From Octopus vulgaris (taxonomy: Eukaryota): a stretch of 64,000 nucleotides of DNA. Of this stretch, positions 53,180-64,000 are shown in pieces; within the stretch, counting starts at the first letter, position 1, and every line of letters starts with the position of its first letter. The position numbers and the translations under genes were made by a program. The notes beneath the pieces were generated by a model. The model was not told the origin of the DNA. It saw only the letters and a program-made list of their open reading frames with translations, and searched no databases. The DNA lies in the NCBI GenBank assembly GCA_951406725.2, contig OX597814.1, forward strand, positions 118,482,001-118,546,000. The letters are read 5' to 3'.

Positions 53180-53221
53180 AGTGGCTGTGTGCTAAGTAGC
53201 TTGTTTACCAACTACATGGTT

Positions 53222-53527
53222 CCTCCCCCATCCCCCCTACTCTCCTGACATTGCAGCCTCTGATTTTCACCTCTTCCCAGCCATGAAGTTGTTTTTGAAA
53301 GGAAAGCGTTTCCCAGATGATGCAGCCTTGATTTCTGAAGTCACGTCGTGATTGGAGGACCAAGCTGGGGTCTTCTACAAAAACGATCTCCAGAGCTGCA
53401 TCAAACGATGGGAAAATGCGTAACTCTGGGTGGTTTCTTTGTAGAAAAAGACTAATAACTGTGCCAAGTTGTTTTGCTCTACTGCTATGGGAAGTGGGTT
53501 AGGGGCATTACTTATTGAACGCCCCTC

Positions 53528-53528
<1 letters not shown>
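53222..53528 (+). mobile_element. mariner 3' fragment with right TIR, preceded by a SINE family A head fragment (53178-53222)
   Basis: PHPPYSPDIAASDFHLFPAMK...IKRWE...GGFFVEKD*; ends TTATTGAACGCCCCTCG|TA. Confidence 0.9.
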
Positions 53529-53612
<84 letters not shown>

Positions 53613-53744
53613 TAGATAGATAGATATATATATACAGCGTGAGAGATAGAGAGATAAAGAGAAGGAAAGAGATAAAGGGAGAGAGAAATAGACAGACAGC
53701 TATTCAACTGAATGTAAAAATATAATGTTGAAATGTAAACGAAG

Positions 53745-53935
53745 AAATTGATTTCAAATTTTGGCAGAAGGCCAGCAATTTAGGAAGAAGGAAAAGTCGA
53801 TTAGATCAACAGAAGAGCTCAACCGTTACTTACTTTATCGACTTCAGTAGAATTTGAACTCAGAAAAAGCAGACGGATGTACTACAGATAAGCATTTTGC
53901 CCGTCGTGCTAACGATTTTGTGAGCACGCTTCTTT
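53745..53935 (-). mobile_element. SINE family B-related, diverged
   Basis: Reverse complement of the 33650 head (GAATTTGAACTCAGA...AAGCATTTTGCCCGTCGTGCTAACG). Confidence 0.7.
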
Positions 53936-54549
53936 GAATATAAAGACTTATTAAATGTATTATGAAGTTTTTAGTATTCTCGATAAATTATTCGCATAAA
54001 TGTTTATGTTAAATTATTAAACAATTTATGCATCTTTAGAATTAATAGCTGTATGTGTAGACATGTTCTTATTGCCAACATTATATACATATGTAACACA
54101 TTAATTATTAAATAAATGGATATAATATTTCTGAAAATATTGTATGATTTAAATTCCGAATTTTAATTCTATAACTTCAATTCTATGTATGTTAAACTTA
54201 ACCAGAAATATTCTTGATACCTGTATCATATTTTCTAATCGTCAATAAAAATAATCATTACACATTTGTATTTTTTTTTTCAAATTTAATAATTACTTAA
54301 ACTTTATTTTATGGGGACATTTAATGTTTTCGGTGCATTGAAATAAACCTCGTTGTATACGTGATTTCTGAGTTGAAAATTATCTCCGAAAGAAGATGTT
54401 TCCAACTTCACCATATCATTATAGATTATCTTTGGATATAATGATGAGGGACTTGTTGCGGTCGAAGTATGTTAAAAGTGCATGAAATTTATTAAATATT
54501 TAATTTATTAAATATATATTAAATATATTAAATATTTAATTTATTTATA

Positions 54550-55170
54550 GGCGCAGGAGTGTATTTTTGATAAGTAGCTTTGCTACCAACCACATGCTTC
54601 CGGCTTCAGTCCCAAAGTGTGACAACTTGGGCAAGAGTCTTCTACTATAACCTCGGGCCGACCAAAGCCTTGTGAGTGGATTTGGAAGACGGAAACTGAA
54701 AGACGCCCATCGTATATATGTATATCATGTACTCTTTACTCTTTTTACTCTTTTACTTGTTTCAGTCATTTGACTGCGGCCATGCTGGAGCACCACCTTT
54801 AGTCGAGCAAATCGACCCCGGGACTTATTCTTTGTAAGCCCAGTACTTATTCTATCGGTCTCTTTTGCCGAACCGCTAAGTGACGGGGACGTAAACACAC
54901 CAGTATCGGTTGTCAAGCAATGCTAGGGGGACAAACACAGATACACAAACATACATACACACACACACATATATACACACATACATATATATATATATAT
55001 ATACATATATACGACAGGCTTCTCTCAGTCTCTCTCTACCAAATCCACTCACAAGGCATTGGTCGGCCCGGGGCTATAGCAGAAGACACTTGCCCAAGAT
55101 TCCACGCAGTGGGACTGAACCCGGAACGATGTGGTTGGTTAGCAAGCTACTTACCACACAGCCACTCCTG

Positions 55171-55221
<51 letters not shown>

Positions 55222-55484
55222 CTGTGTGTGTGTCTGTGTCTGTGTGTGTGTATGTGTGTGTATGTGTGTGTGTGTGTTTGTGTGTCTGTGATTGCCCCCA
55301 CACCCCAACATCTCTTGACAATCGGTGCCGGTGTCTTTACAGCCTCGGAAATTACCGGTACGTCAAAAGAGACCAAATAGAATAAATACTAGGCTTACAA
55401 AAATAAGTTATGGGGTCGATTTGTTCGACTAAAGGCTGTGTTCCAGCATGGCCGCAGTGAAATGACTGAAACGAGTAAAAGAGT
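54550..55484 (+). mobile_element. SINE family A split by a nested antisense copy
   Basis: The 5' half (54550-54712) and 3' half (~55200-55484) flank a minus-strand copy. Confidence 0.85.
54731..55170 (-). mobile_element. SINE family A, near full length, nested
   Basis: Reverse complement of family A from the tail (CTTTTACT)n to the head CCACTCCTG. Confidence 0.92.
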
Positions 55485-57464
55485 AATTATTTATTTCACA
55501 GACTATTTCAAATAAAAGCTGAACGAAGTGAATTTTTAATTAATATTGATCAAGTATATAATGACCCGGCATTTTACAAATTGTAATTCTAGTGTGTTTA
55601 TACACAAAGAATGAGTTGAAATTCATGACATGGTATCTTTGTTGTCTAGTAAAATTTAGCTTGAAATATTTTATTCAACGGGCTAGGCCTTTTGTTATCA
55701 CACTTTTATGTTATATGAGTGAGTTATCGATGATATTTCAAAAGGTTTAACCCATCAAAAAGAGATACCCTCATTGGATCATAGATCTAGGCAGTTAGGA
55801 TTACAATAGTGCTCATTGCTAAATCTCAGCTCCTAGCACACAATATATAATATTTAATGTTATTGATAGGCGTGCCGTCTATCAAGGTATGTAACAAAGA
55901 CATTTATGAGCAATCGATATAGCGCGCTGGTATACTTAACATAACACTAGAAAGTATAAAAAGTCAACAAAGTGCGTCAGCATAGCTTTCCACTTACTAG
56001 CAATGGGAATCAAATCTCCCACAAATGATAACCTATTGTGTTAGTAACAAAAGCAGACTTTAGTTAAAGTATTCAGTGATATTATGTGCGTGAATTAAAA
56101 CCAAGATAGATTGGGTAGAACGACATTGATGTATAGTTCTGCTTAAATGTAAACCAAATAAGACCAACAAATACAAATATAAAGAAATCATTGAATTTTT
56201 GCTGTGAATGTCGACAAATTTATATATAATCTGAGTCTGTGTTTATGTTTGTATGTAAATGTGTGTGTTTACGCATCTGTGCGTGAATATGTATGTCAAT
56301 GCGGTTGTGTAAGCCAATAAGTCAGGTGAATGATTAATGTAGTTCCTTTAGCCATAAATGACTTCAAAATCTATTAACCATTGTATGTTATTAATCTATT
56401 AATTAGCTTTGCGCCATTCCTATTATTTAACGGCATGTTTGGTGAGACGACTAAGGAGTGTAGAATACTAACTTTACACTTAGACAATAATTGCAGAAAC
56501 GTTGTTTGACCGAGTCTGCATAAACATTCGTTGTTATCTCTCGAATTGCAGAATTAAAGTTAGTTAGTGCGTAAGAGTGCGAGCGAATAAACCAGTCAAC
56601 ATAATCATAAATTTGTTTGTTCACATTACAGTCTAGCTTAAACGCTATGGATACCATTGCTGCTGTTGTTGTCAGCTGCAGGTTAGGCCTGCTGGAGCAT
56701 AAATATGATCAAACATACCGGTATTCCAGTCATATAATTCTCTCATGTTAACGTATCTAAGTCTTCTTTTACAGGGACACGTTTTGCTTAGAAGGATTCG
56801 TTGTGTGTATTTAAAGTAATTAAGATGACATTTGTGGCAAAGCCGGCAAGCAGAGCAGAAGAGCCTGTTAGTTCAAAAAGCGAGGGATTAAATGTGTTGG
56901 TGTACGGTATTATATGTGTCTTACTATGAATATTAGGGACTCGGATAACGCAATGCTCTGAGAATATGTTTGCTTTGTATTTAGTACATTGTGGCGGAAC
57001 AATGAATATTATATCAGCTAACAGAAATTGCTATTAGATCTATGAATATTGTTGTTGATGATGTTCTTGGTGCTACAGTAGTTTAGCCCCCACCCTTGGT
57101 AAGATATAATCGACAGATCGATCACCAAAGAAATTTTAGCCGTATGCACCCTATTTTCCTCATTGACAAGAAACACAAAATTGATAGAAACGAATTCTTT
57201 CGTAAAGCGGTTTATTAGGACTCGAGGGAGATTTATTTTTCTAATCCATGTAGTTCTAGGGTTCCTGCAGTATTTTACTCTTGCACGAGTATGGAGGAAG
57301 TTGGAGTGAATGTCAAATTATTTGCTAATCCTTTTTTTGCCGGTTCTCCCCTTTGGTATATTATAATCCCAGACAAAATTAATAATCCCAATCATGAATA
57401 TGGTTAACCATTATTTGAAACGAAATATGATCAAAACGTGCAATCTGACTTCTTTTCTTATATT

Positions 57465-57675
57465 GTTTTCAAAGTTTTGCTCCAGGCCAGCAGTTTGCGG
57501 GTAAGGGCTAAGTCAGTCAAATGGTCCCCCGTACTCAGCTGGTACTTATTTTATCGACCTTGAAATGATGACAGGCAGAGTGAACCCCAGCGGAATTTGA
57601 ACATAGAATGTAACGACGGACGGAATGCAGCTAAGCATTTTCTTCGGCGTGCTGACGGTGCTAGCAGATCACCGT
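57465..57675 (-). mobile_element. SINE family B-related, diverged
   Basis: CTGGTACTTATTTTATCGACC...GGAATTTGAAC...AAGCATTT is the reverse complement of the family B core and head. Confidence 0.72.
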
Positions 57676-57699
57676 CTTCTCTTTTCCTTACTTTAATAT

Positions 57700-57960
57700 C
57701 TACAGGAGGAATTACAACCGTGTTTCGTGGTCTGCTACCACAACAGCTCCTTTATGGGATCCAGTTAGCTCAAGACATCATCAGGAGGAACCACGTCCGG
57801 TTTCGGCCCCTATTCCTCTACCGTTTTCACGTGCCCCCCCCCCTCCGGAGGTGTCTTCAGCTCTGGTGTTGGGTGCATGTCTTCTTTCTTCTTCTTTCTT
57901 CTGTTCTCTAGCCTCTTCGATGTAACGTCAGCGAGTGTCAGCCTGTGACTGACTGACTTA
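57700..57960 (-). other. GC-richer island with two tandem hammerhead-like core sets
   Basis: The minus strand reads CTGAAGA...CGAAACC-GGACGT-GGTT, then CTGATGA...CGAAACA-CGGT-TGTA. Confidence 0.42.
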
Positions 57961-59333
57961 TTCGACAATGCATGTTTATTTTTTTGATACGGCAATACGG
58001 TGTCATTTAGAGACGATCTGGAATGCTCTTGCCGTTGATTATCGTTTACAATCTTTGAGTATTTCATGTTTTGTTGAGCTCATAATAATTCCGTGTAAAC
58101 CAGCCTACGTAGGAAACAATTTTGGCAATGCATTGTCAAGAGAAAGAAAGTTTACAGCAAACCTCAGTCACTCTGGCTAAAATGGCTTCACGTTTTAAAT
58201 CCTCCTCTATTTCTTTTCATTACTGTAACTGTACAGTTTGAAATTTTATGTAGATGTTTTTATTTTCGAGAATAAATTCCCTCGAGTGCTGCATTAGCAA
58301 TATTTCATAATTTTCTCCAAAGGATTTGCCACTCTCAAGAAATAGTGTGAATTTCCAAGTGAATACATTATTGATGACTGCTACTTCAATTTTTTTCTCC
58401 GGTTAAAGTAGAGGAATATTGCTGAACCAATACAGCTCTCCTAATTTTAGCTGAAATGCATTCAACGCAGATTTATAAAATCAATTTTCTAAAATGGAAA
58501 TATCTCGCTGTATTGCAGTTCAGAATGTTAAAGCTTCTGCTAATTTCGTACAGCGAGGGCTTAAGCATTTTATGATCAGACAAAAGAAGAGCTTATTTAT
58601 ATGTAGTAATTCTTGTATATTTTATATGTCGCTTTCATTTACGCCTATACGGCTTGAATATTAATTGCTAGTCAATAGGAATTTTGTAACAGATTTGATA
58701 CTACTCACATTATTCTCCTCCCTTCATATAAATGAATATTATGTTGTTGTTCTTGAAACTGTTTTAAAATAACATGAATTTTACAGATATACACATACAT
58801 AAAGGTACAAACACGAACATACGCACACACGCATACACACACACATATATACACACGCATATACGAATAAGTATGGATATGAAAATTTATGAACGCGCTT
58901 GCTTCTTTCTCTTATCGCCCTGCACGCCAGCTGTAAAACACATTAAGTGCAGAAACTTGACGACGCCGTGAAACGTTGCCGTTGATATATGGGCACACAT
59001 TTACCTAATATATTTCCTATCTGGATGAAGCGTTGCTATTTAGCTGTAGCACATACATATAGATTCGTTAAAGAACCCCTGTTTCGTAAATAGTTTCAGA
59101 GAACTTTCATTTAATACGTTTATCGATTAATTGAATAGGGATCACACTTGTAAATCATCGATCAAATTTCTCTTACGTATTTAAAATTTCTAAAATCTTT
59201 AACAAAAATTTGTAACTAAATAAATTACTCATTAGAATAAGAGGAAGTATTTTCAATGGCACAGGATTTTATCGATTTCAGATACACTCACACACGCGCA
59301 CACACACATACATATACAAGCATATATATATAT

Positions 59334-59400
<67 letters not shown>

Positions 59401-59454
59401 CATATATACAAAACGTTACTTAAACGAATTTTAAAGATACACACAGACACACAA

Positions 59455-59569
<115 letters not shown>

Positions 59570-60230
59570 CGCTTGGTTTGTTCTTGGAAGTTCGTGTCAC
59601 CTGATATTCTACTATTATAACAAATTGCTAATTAAAACATGGCCTTACTATCTGAGCCGAATTTTTGCATATACAGTATATTATCTGGAAAAGGAGTATC
59701 GGTTAAATATCCGCGTATATTCTTAATAGGGGTATATTCGAAATTCATTTAATTTCCGTTTGTTTATTTCTCAATGACTTTCACTATTAACGTCTCAGTC
59801 CTTATTGAGTACATTCAATCAATAAATTTTTGGATTATACAATTACACTACTCTCAGTCAGCCCCACGCACTGTTTCATATATTATATGAATGCATAAAA
59901 CAAAGGCGATATCGTGCTTCCACTTTGATAAGCAAAATTATCGAAGTATTTCTGTACTCGTATAATAGGCGTCGTATAGTTGGCTGCTTGTAGAACACAT
60001 CTTAAAGCTCAACTACGCGATAAGGGTACACCAAACTGCATTATATACTCTTCAAAGAAACTTATAAAATCTAAGACTACAGGTGTCTTATATGAGACGA
60101 GAAATAAACGATTTCGGCGAAAAACAAATCGATATCTATTCCATATAAAACAGTTATGGAAATTGCATATGCACACATATGTGTGCACTTTGTTCATTAC
60201 ACACACCCACACATACTCTCTAATTTTCTT

Positions 60231-60325
<95 letters not shown>

Positions 60326-60517
60326 TTGTGTGTGTAAAAGCGTGTGTGTATGTGTATCTGTGATTAAATGAGAGTCTGTGTGTGCTTGTATACACAAACA
60401 AATATATACATTTATACATATATGTAGATTTATAACATACTCATATATGTATATACATATGTGTGTGTATATGTATTAGTGTGCATGCATGCGTGGGTGA
60501 GTGGCTATGTGCAGGCT

Positions 60518-60662
60518 TAGGTGTGGCTGTGTGTTAAGAAGCTTGCTTCCCAACCACATGGTCCCGGCTTCTATCCCTCGAGGGCAAGTGTCTCCTAACA
60601 TAGCGTAGGGCCAAATAAAGTCTTGACGTGATTTGGTAGACGGAAACTGAAAGGAGCACGTC

Positions 60663-60725
<63 letters not shown>

Positions 60726-61035
60726 TGTGTGTGTGTGTGCGTGCGTGCGTGTATGTGTGTGTATAATAAAATATCATAATAATATATATATATTCCGATT
60801 CCGTCCGTATCTTACAAATCCTTTTGGGTTATTTATATATATAGTATGTGTGTGTGTGTCTTTATGTCTGTGTTTCTGTGCTTGTACCCCAACCCCGTCA
60901 TCACTTGATAGCCAGTGTCGGTGTGTTTACGTCCGTGTAGATTAGCGGTACTAGGCTTTAAAAACGTCTTGTAGTCGACGTGTTCGACTAAAATTTTCAA
61001 GGCGTTGCTCCAGCATGGCCACAGTCAAATGACTA
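60518..61035 (+). mobile_element. SINE family A, diverged, expanded internal microsatellite
   Basis: Head GTGGCTGTGTGTTAAGAAGCTTGC and tail CCAGCATGGCCACAGTCAAATGAC. Confidence 0.85.
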
Positions 61036-62192
61036 AAACTAATAAAAGAATAAAACATATATATGTGGGGATGAAGTGTGAGAGAATTAAACTATCAGAA
61101 TTTTACTCTCAAACAGTTTCTTCGTAAAAGTATTGTGATATCAATAAGAACGTTTTGGGACTCATCACCTCGCGCGTTTGGTTGCATCTCTTCATGGAGT
61201 GAGGAGGGTGGATTACAGCTATTGGACGTCGACCATTCATTCAAGTAAATAGCCTGTTTCTGCATTTATGTGAATGTTGTTTGACTATACAGGCACATGA
61301 AGGCATGTTGTCATTATAGGGAGAATCAGCATGTGATACGACTGTGCTTATTCAATTCACTCAATTGACTTCTATAGACTGTTTCTCTTTCCATAATCAG
61401 TCATAAACTGTGGTTACAGAAATCATATTTTTGCAAATCCTTTGCAAGATAAATGCTGTGTGGACGCCCCCCAGACGATGAAGTAGACTAGCCCAATACG
61501 TAGATATAGAGGGAGAAGTCTTGACATCAATAGAGCACAGTCGAGTAGTAGACTAGTGAGTAGGGTAGAGCATAGTTGAGTAGAAGGCATCCGAACGTGC
61601 GACGTAACAATAAACGAATCTGGAGTCTCAAAGTTGTGAAGGGGATTTCCTATCCAGACGATCAGATTTCAACTGTATTTGATATGCAACTGTATGGAAA
61701 ATAGCTTTTAATACATGCATGTTTTGCAATTTGCTGCTGTCTTTTCAGCTTTGAACTAGGACCTAACTTCGCAAATAAGGATTTGTGAACGACTTGTATT
61801 TTTCGGTCCACTTGTTTCACTTGTTTGGACTTGTTGAACATTTGGAGGACAAGTTATATGAAATATATCAGGCATTTTCCAGATTTATATCGTTCTAAAC
61901 GTCTATCATGTGCATCGTATTGCAGTATGAATATTGAGTGTATCCTGTGTAGCTCTTAGTACGAGCTCTACTCTCGGTATCACAAAAGCCTTTTTTTTTT
62001 TACACCATGCAAAACAGTAAATTAAGTTCCTTCCTTTTAGGACCCGTGCTAAACAATTATTTCGACATATAAAATAAAGTTTAGGATATTTGACGAGTTT
62101 CTCCGTTACGTAGATTTCATTAATAGATGTGTGGTAAAGGTTGATCATTAATCACAATTTAACCAGGCACTTCGCTAATTACTATACAGATT

Positions 62193-62237
<45 letters not shown>

Positions 62238-62266
62238 GAGAAAAAAAGCAACAAGAATGGATTAGT

Positions 62267-62357
62267 TTTTAGTACAATTGTTTCATACAAAGACAGGTTT
62301 TATTAAAAGTTGCAAATATTGCAGCAGATAAAAGTGTCCCGTACTCATCAGCTAAAA
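62267..62357 (-). ncRNA. Type I hammerhead ribozyme with extended stem II
   Basis: TTTTAG CTGATGA GTACGGGACA...TGTCTTTGTAT GAAA C AATT G TA CTAAAA: intact core, 6-bp stem I, GUA cleavage triplet, palindromic stem III. Confidence 0.82.
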
Positions 62358-62729
62358 TACATATGAGTTCTCCAAACATCTTAGTGGGTGAGGCTACACT
62401 CATGAAGTATTGGAGATAATTTCATTAAAAGCAGATTCAGGTTGTAAACAGACTTCCAAAGTTCTTTAATGATGATGCACAGTCTTATCACAGGTTTTAA
62501 AAAGCTTATTAGTTTCACAGAGAAGTTTAATCCATCCATAGTGTAGGTGTAAATTTCCAGAGATATGAGGAGGTATTTCATACTCACAGACGATGAATTT
62601 ATCCATGGTTAATCCACAATGAGGTGGGTATAATTTCATGCTATATTATAAGGTATTTGCCACATTACTGTTCTCTTCACAAAACTGCTATGTTATGACT
62701 TCTAAAGGGTGAAGGAATTTTGTGGAGCA

Positions 62730-62880
62730 AAGAAAAGAAAAGGAAAGATAGGAGAAGAAAAAAGAAAAGAAAGAAAAAAGAAGAAGAAAAAAAGAAAAAA
62801 AGAAAAAAGAGAAGAAAAAAAAAGAAAATAAGAAAAAAGAAGAAAGAAGATAGAAAAAAGAAAAGAAAAAGAAAAAAACG
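62730..62880. repeat. Polypurine (A/G) tract
   Basis: About 150 bp of nearly pure A/G; source of the spurious K/R- and F-rich ORFs. Confidence 0.9.
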
Positions 62881-63322
62881 CCCACATAGAGTATACTGTG
62901 ACAACTGAGATGGGAAAGGGTCGCAGGTAACCCTCTACACAGAAAAAAAGTCTCTTAAATATGGAGACGGTCAGGCTGGCTAAAAATTTGCAGGAATCTA
63001 AGAACTATAAGGAGAATATTATTTTTGACCAGTAAACAGCTATTAATTGCCAAACTGACGTAGCTAAAGCAGATATGAGAATCTAAAGAGAGAACAGGGT
63101 AAGGGATTGAGGGGTCAAAGGCTATCATTAAAGGGAAATACATTAAGTGAAAATAAGTGCAATACTAGAAAGAGGTCATTTAATTTAATTTATTTATTAC
63201 TGTTACTGCATTATATTGTTGATATTACTATCTATACATTGACAGACTATAGGTTTATACTTAGAAGTCAGTTTACAAGGTGTGAGGGAATTGCTTATTA
63301 TATTGAAATTTCTTATACTACG

Positions 63323-63503
63323 ATATATATATATATCAATATATGTATATATATATATATGTATATAAATATATATATGTATATATATATATATATATAT
63401 ATGTATATGTATATATATATATGTATATATATACATGTATATATATATATATATATCAATATATGTATATATATGTATATATATGTATATATATATGTAT
63501 ATA

Positions 63504-63555
<52 letters not shown>

Positions 63556-63669
63556 AATATATGTATATATATACATATATATGTATATATATATATGTGT
63601 GTGTATATATATATATGTATATATATGTATATATATATATGTATATATATATGTATATATATATGTATT

Positions 63670-63742
<73 letters not shown>
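63323..63742. repeat. Long imperfect (TA)n/(TATG) microsatellite; representative of dozens in the window
   Basis: Direct reading of the sequence. Confidence 0.97.
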
Positions 63743-63745
<3 letters not shown>

Positions 63746-64000
63746 GTTATCCTATAGTGTTTGTGTCAAAAATTTGATGGAGGCATTTAGCAGGGAAAAT
63801 TGAAGATTTTCGTTCATTTTAAAGCCCAAAATGAAGAGCTGGAATAACGATCCAACTCCTTAATATAAACAAATTAATTTTTAGATTCTCAGATATATAT
63901 TATGTTATGGTGACCAAACCTCCCTTTGTGTGAACGAAAGACATTTTAATATTCCATTATTACATAACTATCAATTGCGATTACATACCCCACCTGCAAA

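Noticed and set aside
61150-61900. Possible old non-LTR retrotransposon remnant (EEGGLQLLDV); similar faint hints at 43700-44050 and 46000-46450
   Set aside because: Each has only a single weak motif and is too decayed to classify by eye.
62677-62908. Lys/Arg-rich protamine-like and Phe-rich ORFs
   Set aside because: They are translations of a polypurine tract.

Overview
This is eukaryotic, AT-rich, microsatellite-saturated DNA that is almost certainly intergenic or intronic. The SINE families and (TA)n/(CA)n load suggest an octopus/cephalopod genome, but that is inference. No host protein-coding exon could be supported, and nearly all short ORFs in the track are microsatellite artefacts or transposon debris. 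The one long ORF (about 1600 aa) is the Rep-helicase of a full-length ~6.1-kb Helitron (20324-26398) with both termini, an N-terminal array of 23-aa STPR-like repeats and a D-to-N change in Walker B. Other elements are a non-autonomous Helitron, two IR/DR-type Tc1 copies, mariner and Tigger remnants, a piggyBac-type MITE, Gypsy, CR1/L2 and RTE remnants, several tRNA-derived SINEs and several Penelope-like element (PLE) remnants. The most striking unannotated signal is a set of hammerhead-ribozyme (HHR) motifs from at least five unrelated sequence families. These include a near-canonical HHR with a long branched stem II (62267-62357, minus strand) and a perfect 443-bp palindrome (52700-53142) carrying two mirror-image minimal HHRs.
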